DNA of 63,954 bases, counting the filler, from an uncultured Bacteriovoracaceae bacterium (GTDB lineage Bacteria; Bdellovibrionota; UBA2428), in the NCBI GenBank assembly GCA_964636255.1. It is 7 parts of 7 records of this genome, joined end to end, with 100 filler letters (N's around TTAATTAATTAA, not from the genome) between each part and the next. Parts side by side here need not be neighbours in the genome. Positions count along the whole stretch, not along the records: positions 37,051 to 46,225 come from CAZWNW010000027.1; positions 46,326 to 54,756 come from CAZWNW010000028.1; 5 more parts are not named here. One strand, given 5' to 3'. Position 1 is the stretch's first letter; each line of letters begins with the position of its first letter. This document shows, piece after piece, positions 39,959 to 48,336 of this stretch. Below the pieces are notes generated by a model. It was not told the origin of the DNA. It made no database searches and was given only the letters and a program-made list of their open reading frames with translations. The translations under genes were made by a program, and so were the position numbers.

Positions 39959-40018
39959 GCGTCTCACTGATTTGGACGCTATTGAAATGAATCTTCCGCG
40001 TCCAATTGGTTTGGACGT
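39959..40018. promoter_or_regulatory. Two 21-bp palindromic operator-like sites
   Basis: GCGTCTCACTGATTTGGACGC (39959-79) and GCGTCCAATTGGTTTGGACGT (39998-40018), 16/21 identical, each an inverted repeat. Confidence 0.6.
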
Positions 40019-40038
40019 CAAACTAGTAGAATCTATTT

Positions 40039-40473
40039 ATGACGATCAGAATCATCCAGCCTCCAAGCTTCGATTCAATAATTGCCTGCAATGCCATCCT
40101 GGCCGACAAGGATGGGCAGGTTTATAGCCTTCAGCCTGGATTTAATGCCGTCGGCAGGTGTCCTGAGTATTGTCTTCCGTGGGAAGATCTGAGAATCGAT
40201 AAATTCCAAACAACGCTCACGAGGATCGAACACGCCTCAGTCAGTCGTATGCACGCTATCTTATTCTGGAATCCTCAAGAAAGGAGACTCTCGGTAATGG
40301 ACCGTGGGTCTTCAAACGGAACGAAAGTGCGGGGTCTTCGAATTGGTCGCGATCCTGTGGCATTAAAACGTGGGGACACGCTTCACCTCGGGAGCTATGA
40401 GCTGGTTGTAGCAGTGCCGGCTCTCAGCCTTAACAGTTCCTTAACTAATCAGGTGGGAGGCAAAAATGTTTAG
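40039..40473 (+). CDS. Stand-alone FHA domain protein
   Basis: VGR, VSRMHA, DRGSSNGTKV, LKRGDTLHLG. Confidence 0.88.
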   Translation: MTIRIIQPPSFDSIIACNAILADKDGQVYSLQPGFNAVGRCPEYCLPWEDLRIDKFQTTLTRIEHASVSRMHAILFWNPQERRLSVMDRGSSNGTKVRGLRIGRDPVALKRGDTLHLGSYELVVAVPALSLNSSLTNQVGGKNV

Positions 40474-40957
40474 AACAATGAAGCACAGATTTTTCCACTT
40501 TTATCTAATCGGGTTAGTCTCTTGCGCACTACAAAGCAAAGGCTCTCGTCGCGACGAGGCGCCCGATCCCAAACTTTTGAAATGGGGACATTTTCACACT
40601 TTTTGCCTAGATAACGGACGAGCAAATGACAAGTTTTTCTATGAGGAACTCATTGATGGCCCATCAACCGGATTTTTCTGCAAAGAATCTGCCTTATTGA
40701 ATGAAACTCAGTGCAGCTTTGTGGATATTGCAAACGAGCGAATTATTTGGAGCGCAGATTTTCAAATTTCAAAACGCCGGAACTATCTTGAACTGATCCC
40801 CAAGGACAAGAAACAAAATATTAGGGTGTTTATAGACGAGAAAGAAAAACAGGCGGAGTACGTCAGCGTTAACCTGGGTCCCGGGCCCAGCGACCTAGTG
40901 ATCAGAAAATGCTTTGGTGGAGTTTTAGGTGCTAAGGAATTGGCGGAGATGGAGTGA
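40466..40957 (+). CDS. Putative lipoprotein
   Basis: Lipobox LVSC, Shine-Dalgarno GGGAGG, overlaps the FHA gene stop. Confidence 0.65.
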   Translation: MFRTMKHRFFHFYLIGLVSCALQSKGSRRDEAPDPKLLKWGHFHTFCLDNGRANDKFFYEELIDGPSTGFFCKESALLNETQCSFVDIANERIIWSADFQISKRRNYLELIPKDKKQNIRVFIDEKEKQAEYVSVNLGPGPSDLVIRKCFGGVLGAKELAEME

Positions 40958-41211
40958 TGTGCCCGCATGGAATTGAGCGCTACCTTATTCTATTGGCGTT
41001 TTGGATCTACGGAGGATTGCTTGTTTACGGGACCAGAGACCTGAATCGGCTAGAAAAAAGAAACAGAGCTATCTGCAGCAATGAGCCATTCAAGCCGACC
41101 CCTAAAAAGGGCTGGCGGTCAACAATTCGCCCTAAGAGCAAGCCGAAGACAAGGATAGAACCGAAGCTATGGCAATTTAACAGTCACAAGGCACTTCTTG
41201 AAAAAAATTAG
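40954..41211 (+). CDS. Small membrane protein with basic tail
   Basis: One TM segment, GTGA overlap with upstream gene. Confidence 0.45.
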   Translation: MMCPHGIERYLILLAFWIYGGLLVYGTRDLNRLEKRNRAICSNEPFKPTPKKGWRSTIRPKSKPKTRIEPKLWQFNSHKALLEKN

Positions 41212-41244
41212 CTGTATCATGGAAGGCTGAATCAGGACGGAAAA

Positions 41245-42024
41245 ATGGTTGGAATAAAATCTATTTTAGTAGGGATTCTCTTCGCATGGTTCTTGAGTCG
41301 GAATTCTCGCAAAGCTCGTCGCACCCACCATTCCAAACAGCATATAAAACTTTGGTTTGATTTTCTCTTTGATGGATCTGAATTTGAGCAACTCATGATC
41401 GATCGCCATGGCGATTCGCTTAGAAAAAATCAGAGAATTTATGAAATGATACAAATGGGTGCCGACTTAAAGAAAAACAAGGGTGATGATGGACGACTTC
41501 GCAGCGAGGCCCAGTTTGTTTTTAGCTGTGATTTCAGTAAACAATCCGGACTCATTTGTAGAGAAATCGACTGTCAAAAAAAACAAATCACATCCAAAGG
41601 CTCAAAAATTAAATTTGGCCTCGATTCGCTGTACGGGAAATACGGTATTTCTGCTGCGCCCAAATTCTTTATGACCGAATCCGGGATCCTGGCAGACAAC
41701 AAGGGAAGCATCCCAAATCGCGGGTTGACACTTCCAATTGGACTAATTGTTGCCAGAGTCGCTGAATGGGGGCCAGTAGAATCATGGACTAAAGTAATGC
41801 GTGAAAATTTAATGAAAGATCTAGGGCCAGATGTGGAGATTGGATCCTTATTTCTGGGATTCGATGGATCTGAGTGGCCCGGTTCCTTTAGTGAGGATCT
41901 AAAGTGGGTCTTCTCCAGTTCTCCAGATGACTTCGGTAAGGGTTCCTTGGCTTTAAAAACAAAGTATATGATTGTCGCAATATGCATTGATGAGGTCGAT
42001 AAAGACAATCAGCCCAGCCATTGA
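41245..42024 (+). CDS. Hypothetical membrane-anchored protein
   Basis: N-terminal TM followed by a soluble alpha/beta region. Confidence 0.65.
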   Translation: MVGIKSILVGILFAWFLSRNSRKARRTHHSKQHIKLWFDFLFDGSEFEQLMIDRHGDSLRKNQRIYEMIQMGADLKKNKGDDGRLRSEAQFVFSCDFSKQSGLICREIDCQKKQITSKGSKIKFGLDSLYGKYGISAAPKFFMTESGILADNKGSIPNRGLTLPIGLIVARVAEWGPVESWTKVMRENLMKDLGPDVEIGSLFLGFDGSEWPGSFSEDLKWVFSSSPDDFGKGSLALKTKYMIVAICIDEVDKDNQPSH

Positions 42025-42032
42025 GACTCCTT

Positions 42033-43082
42033 TTAAGGATTGTCCTCGCAAACCGTTTCCAATTTATTTCCGTAGGAACTTCGCTTCGTCGTACATTTTC
42101 TGCGATTGTTCCGTACAGGATCACCATTGTCATCACTTTCTATTCCTGCAATTCCATGACTTAGCTTTTTCATTTGAATTTGGAATTGACGGTCCGCCTC
42201 GGCTTTCTGACGTTGATTTTCAGCAGCAATTTCTCGGGCTATTCGAGCATCCTCAAGCCGGTTTGTATTTTCAATCAGTTGTTGACCGACTATTTCACTC
42301 TTGATCGTCGAGAACAAGGTGCACCCGGCATTGCTGCCATAGGTGCAAGCAATTTCCGCGAAGCTAGCTGCCGATGTTAGGTCACCCGCCTGTTTGTATT
42401 TGCCATATAGTTCCAGACAATTGGAAACTTTGCGTCCAACTTCGCAGGACATCCGTTGCTTTTCTAGCAGCGCCATTTCTGCCGCCTCTTTCTTGGAACG
42501 TACCAGTTCCTTTTGAGCGTACACTAGATCCTTATTTGCCAGCTCAAGCCGGAAGCATCCAGTATCATCACCTTTTCCACAGGCAATCCTTAAAAACTTA
42601 ATTTGCGATCTGATGTTTTCCACCGTCTTAGGTCGCTCTGTTTCAATTCGCCACGCGAGATGAATGCAAACTTCCGAACTGCGTTTTACTAGGCAGGCGG
42701 GCAGCAAGCTGTTCGATGGACTGTCTAACTTCACGTTGTTCGCGGGACTACCAACGAAGCTTGGGCACTTGTAGGCGTCGATTTTATAATTTGAGAATTC
42801 AGAGGAAGTCTCAATGAAGTGAGTGGCACCCATTTCAGCAGCCTCATTTCTAGTTTTGGCGGCTGCTCGCTCCTGAAAGTTTGAGCTCGCAAACATGCCC
42901 GGTTTTTCCGCTGTAATTGATCCCAAGCCTTGGCAACTCCATGAGGCGCGGGGAATTTTTGAAACGACCGGGAATTTTGATTTGATCGATTGGTCAGAAT
43001 CTGAGGAGGCGCATCCCAGCAGCATCACGGCGACCACGTTCAATGCACAAGATGTCTTGGGGTGAGTACGAAAAATTCCCAT
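42033..43082 (-). CDS. Lipoprotein with DUF4156-like domain and Cys-rich Sel1-like repeats
   Basis: Lipobox LLGC; CQGLGSI...RNEAAEMGATHF...AYKC; ACGKGDDTGC, ACTYGSNAGC. Confidence 0.7.
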   Translation of the reverse strand: MGIFRTHPKTSCALNVVAVMLLGCASSDSDQSIKSKFPVVSKIPRASWSCQGLGSITAEKPGMFASSNFQERAAAKTRNEAAEMGATHFIETSSEFSNYKIDAYKCPSFVGSPANNVKLDSPSNSLLPACLVKRSSEVCIHLAWRIETERPKTVENIRSQIKFLRIACGKGDDTGCFRLELANKDLVYAQKELVRSKKEAAEMALLEKQRMSCEVGRKVSNCLELYGKYKQAGDLTSAASFAEIACTYGSNAGCTLFSTIKSEIVGQQLIENTNRLEDARIAREIAAENQRQKAEADRQFQIQMKKLSHGIAGIESDDNGDPVRNNRRKCTTKRSSYGNKLETVCEDNP

Positions 43083-43089
43083 GATATCG

Positions 43090-43117
43090 TTATCGTATGC
43101 TCTCCGCGAACTCTTAA
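43090..43117 (-). promoter_or_regulatory. sigma28 (FliA)-type promoter
   Basis: TAAG-N15-TACGATAA, ATG 7 nt downstream. Confidence 0.55.
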
Positions 43118-43171
43118 GAGAATTTCAGTTAAGAATCAGTTAACGAAAGACTGCGTTGCTCAAACTTCCTT

Positions 43172-43196
43172 TTATGAATCCAATAAGGATTCATAA
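43172..43196. repeat. Perfect inverted repeat at the start of the duplicated MFS fragment
   Basis: TTATGAATCC-AATAA-GGATTCATAA. Confidence 0.7.
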
Positions 43197-44004
43197 GCAT
43201 TTTTTTCTAAACGTTCATCTGGTCGGACGACTAGCAACGATTGTTGGAGCATTCGGAGGTGTGGAACTTCTGAAGGCTTATCCCGATAAATTCTGGATCA
43301 TCGTCGGAGTCCTGGCTGTCATTTTTTCACTATTCGGAATGGCCGTGGAGAACGGGCAAAAGGCCAAGGCTGATAAAGATGAAGAAAGGTTCAAGCTCTC
43401 TCAACTTCTGCACGAGATTCGAAGGCCTGCACTCGCACTTGCAGTGGCATCAATTCTATTCTTTGGGATTGAAAACGGCATACGAAATCTGATCTATCAG
43501 CCCTTTATTCTAGAAATCTCTGGAGGCAATAAACTCTATCTGGCTTACTTCCAGGCAATCCTAGCCGTACTGCGACTCGGCGGAATTCTTGTGTACATGG
43601 GGCTAAAGCTTGCGAAGAGGCATCGCCTTTCGCTTCCTCTGCTGATTTTTCCGCTTCTCTGGTTTGGAATCTCGGAAATCATATCGGCAGGATTGGACAG
43701 CTTTTGGATCTTCGTCGCAATCTACGGATCAGCGGTCTTTTGTCTTGGTTGGTTTTTTCCACTGCGGGAGCAGTATTTTAATTCGATAGTCCCCGAGAGA
43801 CTTAGAGCGACTCTCATTTCCTTCGATAGCATGGTGATGAATCTGGCCTCGGCCGCGACACTCGTTGCGCTCTATGGATCTATCCAGGGTAGCGTGAAAT
43901 CTTTTTGGGTGGTTGCGGGTTCGGCACTAATTTTTTCCTCGCTTGCGTTACTCGGTTCAGAGAGGAAGAACAGTAAGCGGAGCAAAGATGTCGTTTTTAG
44001 ATGA
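43195..44004 (+). pseudogene. Diverged 3' two-thirds copy of the MFS transporter gene
   Basis: Aligns with 37978-38740 from KHFFLN onward, mostly third-position changes; lacks the N-terminal TMs and motif A. Confidence 0.85.
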
Positions 44005-44620
44005 AGCAGCAAAGAAGCTGGGGCGGATGACCGTCTACCATATGACGCACATTGAGAGTCTTTCGGCAATCTTGGCGGAAGACGCTTTGCTTTCCAAATC
44101 TGAGACGCATCAAAGAAAGCTGCAGGTTCAGGATATCTCCTTTTCAGATATCCAAGTGCGTCGCCAACAAAAAACTGTGAACAATCTTAGCCTTCAAGAT
44201 TACGTCCCCCTCTACTTCGGTCCTAAAACACCCATGGTCTCAGCCAACAGTTTTCAGAACGAAAAGATCATTTTTTTACTTTTCAATCTCATGATCTTGC
44301 GGACCCCTAGGTGTGTGATCTCGGATGGAAACGCCGCCAGCGACAAAACTGCATTTAGAATTTTTTCAGGAATTGATGATTTGGATTTTCTCGATGCGCA
44401 GGCAATCCAGACCACCAGGTACGGACAATATCGGACGGATAATGAGATTCGGCGCAAAAAGCAGGCTGAGCTTCTGATTCCTCATCGACTCCCGCTTCAA
44501 CAACTGTGGAGAATCTTTGTGTTTTCAGTCGAGGCCGAGCGAATTGCCTTGGCCGAAGCAGAGAAAATTGGTAAAAGAATTCCATTGGTTAGCATCAGCA
44601 AGAGCTGGTACTTCCTTTAA
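43988..44620 (+). CDS. darT: DarT DNA ADP-ribosyltransferase toxin (DUF4433)
   Basis: YHMTHIESL, DYVPLYFGPKTPM, SDGNAAS, RRKKQAELLI (catalytic Glu); next to macrodomain gene. Confidence 0.92.
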   Translation: MSFLDEAAKKLGRMTVYHMTHIESLSAILAEDALLSKSETHQRKLQVQDISFSDIQVRRQQKTVNNLSLQDYVPLYFGPKTPMVSANSFQNEKIIFLLFNLMILRTPRCVISDGNAASDKTAFRIFSGIDDLDFLDAQAIQTTRYGQYRTDNEIRRKKQAELLIPHRLPLQQLWRIFVFSVEAERIALAEAEKIGKRIPLVSISKSWYFL

Positions 44621-44634
44621 AAAAAGAGGGAATA

Positions 44635-45162
44635 ATGATCGTCTACATGAAGGGAAATATCTTTGAAGCCCCCGCCCAAGTGATCACGAACGCCGTTAAT
44701 TGCGTTGGTGTTATGGGTGGCGGAATTGCCCTTCAGTTTAAAGAACGCTATCCCGACATGTTTCGCGACTACGCTGCTCGTTGTGTCGAGAAAACGGTGA
44801 AGCCCGGCGAGCCCTATCTTTTCGAGAATGGTTCGGTTCAAGTTCTAAATTTCCCAACCAAGAACGATTGGCGCGTGGATTCTAAGCTTGAAGATATCGA
44901 GACGGGATTAAAATATCTCTCCGAAAACTACGGTGAAATGGGGATCTACTCGCTAGCGCTCCCGGCACTTGGCTGTGGGCTGGGCGGCCTAGATTGGAAC
45001 GATGTGAAGCCACTTGTCGAAAAGTATCTCGGAGATCTTCCTGATCTTGATGTGCTTGTCTACGAGCCGCTCGGTGAAATAGGCACAAAACCCCGCCGTG
45101 CAGGCGCGAAGTCGTCCGATCAAGACCAAGACGACCTGGCCGCGCAAGGTTCGTTTTTCTAG
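44635..45162 (+). CDS. darG: DarG macrodomain antitoxin (macro domain only)
   Basis: GNIF, NAVNCVGVMGGGIALQFK, NFPTKNDWR, LPALGCGLGGLDW. Confidence 0.92.
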   Translation: MIVYMKGNIFEAPAQVITNAVNCVGVMGGGIALQFKERYPDMFRDYAARCVEKTVKPGEPYLFENGSVQVLNFPTKNDWRVDSKLEDIETGLKYLSENYGEMGIYSLALPALGCGLGGLDWNDVKPLVEKYLGDLPDLDVLVYEPLGEIGTKPRRAGAKSSDQDQDDLAAQGSFF

Positions 45163-45270
45163 AGATTTGCGGTCTTTAGGACCACTACAGTCCGTAGATG
45201 CCGTAGTGATCCATTCTAACTGGGGTTGTAACGCGCTATCTTCGTCTTCGACGATTTTACTCTTAAGATA

Positions 45271-45298
45271 TTAAGACCAAACATATTTTTTCCGATAG
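45271..45298 (+). promoter_or_regulatory. sigma28 (FliA)-type promoter
   Basis: TAAG-N15-TCCGATAG, then GGAGG and TTG start at 45315. Confidence 0.55.
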
Positions 45299-45314
45299 GT
45301 GCTTTGGAGGTCTA

Positions 45315-46171
45315 TTGGGAAATCTGATAGCAGCTTTTTTCCTTTTACTTTTAGCCCTAGCGGTTCTGGGTTGGCTAATTGAGTTCGTACAAAGGGTCTT
45401 TGCACAACTGGAAAAGTTATTTGGTGTCCAGCTAACTAGCACTTCAAATCTAGTCGCAAATGCGGAAGTCGGATCTGAAGAAGACTTTTCAAAAGTTCAG
45501 GAAAAGCATGCAACGCAGCTTTCAGAATTTCTCAAAAAAATTTCAGGCGGACATGGGGCTTACTACGTCGATAATAAAACCATGGATTTTCTCGAAAAGG
45601 CTTTCGAGGGGAATGTCAGCTGTCCAAGCGGATACTACAGTCGATGGATAGTAAAACCAGATGTGCCCGGCTGGCTTAAAGAGTACGGTGGTTATGTTCG
45701 CAGCGAAATTGACAAAAAACATACGGCAGTACGAGATGAGAAAAAACGAGCTGAATCGCAAAGAAACAAAGAAGTTGCTGAAAAAATTTTATTTAAAAAT
45801 TCTGAGAAAATAGGCAAATTTCTAGAGATTGCCTATCGTCGCGTCTCTGCGGTTGATGACTATGGTGACGAAAATCCAGCCGCCCTGACAGAAGAAATTC
45901 GAAGATTCGTAAAGAAAATTTCCGAAACCGAACCAGAACTTCACCAAGAACTTACAAGGTTTGGAAAAAAGACCGGTGATTGGGACTTACATGACTATTT
46001 CAGCCCCATCCGTTCACAAGTTTGCATTTCGTTACAGGAACAATTTGAAAAGTATTACGCAGTCCAGAAATCCAAGTCGCCCGAGGCGGATATCGAATCG
46101 GTTGCGAACATGACTGGAGTCGAGTTTGAACAATTTCTCGTCAGGTTACTAAAAGATTGCGGTGTAAAAGA
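45315..46171 (+). pseudogene. Membrane-anchored Mrr-like restriction endonuclease, catalytic domain cut off by IS insertion
   Basis: N-terminal TM; ends MTGVEFEQFLVRLLKDCG (first helix of Mrr_cat) right before the IS end. Confidence 0.7.
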
Positions 46172-46225
46172 TGAAGTGCGCCCCGGAAACTGGATCACTT
46201 GAGCCCCCTAAAGTGTAGAGCTTGA
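46172..46225 (+). mobile_element. Terminal segment of an IS3-family (IS150-like) insertion sequence
   Basis: TGAAGTGCGCCCCGGAAACTGGATCACTTGAGCCCCCTAAAGTGTAGAGCT, exact reverse complement of 54857-54907; contig edge. Confidence 0.8.
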
Positions 46226-46325
46226 NNNNNNNNNNNNNNNNNNNNNNNNNNNNNNNNNNNNNNNNNNNNTTAATTAATTAANNNNNNNNNNNNNNNNNNN
46301 NNNNNNNNNNNNNNNNNNNNNNNNN
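46226..46325. other. Artificial contig linker
   Basis: N-TTAATTAATTAA-N. Confidence 0.97.
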
Positions 46326-46327
46326 AC

Positions 46328-47161
46328 TATCAAAAGCGCACAAGTTCGGAAGTGGAAACACAGCTGGAGATGCTTCGAAAGCTTGAACTCAGCTTTGAGG
46401 ATCAAAAGAGATTACTCGCCTATTGTCAGAAAAAGGGGATCGAGTTCATGTCTTCGGCCTTTGACCTGGAAAGTTTGGAATTCCTTAAATCACTGGACCT
46501 GCCTCGTTTCAAAGTACCTTCTGGTGAAATCACGAATCTTCCTTATCTCCGTTCGTTGGCCAAGACTCGAAAGCCTGTGATTCTTTCAACAGGAATGGCG
46601 TCACTGGAAGAGATTGCTGAGGCGCTTGAAGTTTTTTGGAGTGCCGGGTTTCCCCGGGAACTCATGACGGTTCTCCACTGCAACACAGAATATCCTACCC
46701 CGTTTTCAGATGTGAATCTTCGAGCCATGAAAGCAATTGCCGACAATTTCCAAGTTGCGGTTGGTTATTCGGACCACACTTCGGGAGTCGAGGTCTGCAT
46801 CGCGGCCGCTGCCTTGGGAGCTACGGTTTTAGAGAAGCACGTTACTTTGGATAAAAACCTACCCGGACCAGATCATAAAGCCAGCCTGGATCCTACTGAG
46901 TTGCGCACACTGGTGAGCGCCGTAAGAAATATTGAAGTTGCCTTGGGCTCTTCGAAAAAAATGCTCACCGCCAGCGAAGCGAAGAACAAGGCGGTTGCGC
47001 GAAAGTCCGTCGTTGCTGCGCGGTCCATCAAGGCAGGCGAAGTTTTCTCGGAAGCAAATCTCACCACAAAGCGTCCCGGCAATGGCACAAGCCCCATGAG
47101 ATGGGACCAGATATTGGGCACCCACGCCACGCGCGACTATGCTGAAGACGAGATGATATGA
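46328..47161 (+). CDS. neuB: Nonulosonic acid synthase (NeuB/LegI family), 5'-truncated by contig edge
   Basis: FKVPSGEITN, ILSTGMA, LHCNTEYP, GYSDHT, EKHVTLD, GPDHKAS, C-terminal SAF domain. Confidence 0.93.
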   Translation, partial: YQKRTSSEVETQLEMLRKLELSFEDQKRLLAYCQKKGIEFMSSAFDLESLEFLKSLDLPRFKVPSGEITNLPYLRSLAKTRKPVILSTGMASLEEIAEALEVFWSAGFPRELMTVLHCNTEYPTPFSDVNLRAMKAIADNFQVAVGYSDHTSGVEVCIAAAALGATVLEKHVTLDKNLPGPDHKASLDPTELRTLVSAVRNIEVALGSSKKMLTASEAKNKAVARKSVVAARSIKAGEVFSEANLTTKRPGNGTSPMRWDQILGTHATRDYAEDEMI

Positions 47162-48336
47162 GCAGTGTTCGTAAGATAGCTTTCGCGACCACGACACGAG
47201 CGGAATACGGACTTTTGTTACCGATTTATCGTGAGCTTTCGCAGAATCCAGCTTTTGATCCTTACTTCATTGTTTCAGGCACGCACCTGTCTCCCACTCA
47301 CGGCGGCACCCTAAAATTTATTCGAGACGATGGCGTCAAGGTTTTGGCCGAGATTCCTATTACGACTCGCAGTGATTCCGCCTTGGATGTTTCCCGCGCC
47401 GCTTCCGAAGCTCTCTTGAAATTTGCTGAGCTTTTTACTACTTCGCGTCCCGAGCTGCTTTTTCTTCTGGGCGACCGGACCGAGATTCTGCCCATTGCTG
47501 AAGCCGCGGCCCACGCAGCGATCCCGGTGGCGCACGTGCATGGCGGCGAGATAACCGAGGGGGCAGTTGATGATTGGATCCGGCATGCAGTCACTAAACT
47601 TTCGCATCTTCATTTCACGGCGTCGGAAGTTTTTTCCCGCCGCGTATGTCAATTGGGTGAAGAGAGTGGGCGCGTGCATACGGTCGGCGCACCGGGGCTA
47701 GATGGACTTCGCAGCTTTACTCCAAAAACGCGAGAAGCCTTTGCGGCCGACTTCGGTCTTCAAGCGAAAGAATCATTTGTCTTGGTCGCCTTTCACCCCG
47801 AGACTCTTGGAAAGTTGAGCGCCAATGAAGCCTTTGATCGCGTGCTGGCAGCATTGAAGCCGCTCTTGCCCAAAGTCCAAGTTCTTTTCAGTTACCCGAA
47901 TCAGGATTTGGGTGGGCAAAAAATCATCGATGCTATTCGAGTTTTCGAGAAAGAAAACCCCGGGAGAGTCTTCGCCCGGGCGTCTTTTGGTCAGGAAAAC
48001 TGGTGGAATGCTCTGTGGCACTCGCTTGCGTTGGTTGGAAATTCTTCTAGCGGAATCATCGAAGCACCTTTCCTGGGAAGAAGAACACTCAATATCGGAG
48101 ATCGTCAAAAAGGCCGCCCGTGTGCCACGAGCATCGTGAATGTGCCTTGCGAGAGTGCGGAGATCGAAGGGCAACTACTTGCGATTTTGAAAGAGGGCAG
48201 CATGCCGGCGAAGATCGCGGCTTCCACTCTCTATGGCGATGGACAGAGTGCCCGCCGCATTCACGAGACATTGAAGACCATCAATTGGTCGAAGCTTCTA
48301 CAAAAGAAATTTCATGATCTAGGAGATCTTGCATGA
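47158..48336 (+). CDS. neuC: Hydrolysing UDP/GDP-GlcNAc-type 2-epimerase (NeuC/LegG)
   Basis: TRAEYG, GTHLS, LGDRTE, HVHGGE, RHAVTKLSHLHF, GNSSSGIIEAP. Confidence 0.93.
   Translation: MSSVRKIAFATTTRAEYGLLLPIYRELSQNPAFDPYFIVSGTHLSPTHGGTLKFIRDDGVKVLAEIPITTRSDSALDVSRAASEALLKFAELFTTSRPELLFLLGDRTEILPIAEAAAHAAIPVAHVHGGEITEGAVDDWIRHAVTKLSHLHFTASEVFSRRVCQLGEESGRVHTVGAPGLDGLRSFTPKTREAFAADFGLQAKESFVLVAFHPETLGKLSANEAFDRVLAALKPLLPKVQVLFSYPNQDLGGQKIIDAIRVFEKENPGRVFARASFGQENWWNALWHSLALVGNSSSGIIEAPFLGRRTLNIGDRQKGRPCATSIVNVPCESAEIEGQLLAILKEGSMPAKIAASTLYGDGQSARRIHETLKTINWSKLLQKKFHDLGDLA

Noticed and set aside
43156..44004. Second functional MFS transporter starting at TTG 43156
   Set aside because: Lacks the first TMs and motif A; the first 13 codons are unrelated upstream sequence
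17538..46225. Joining the Mrr-like gene to the STAND fragment across one IS copy
   Set aside because: Flanks show no 3-4 bp target duplication and the protein halves are incompatible (start of Mrr domain versus Walker B)
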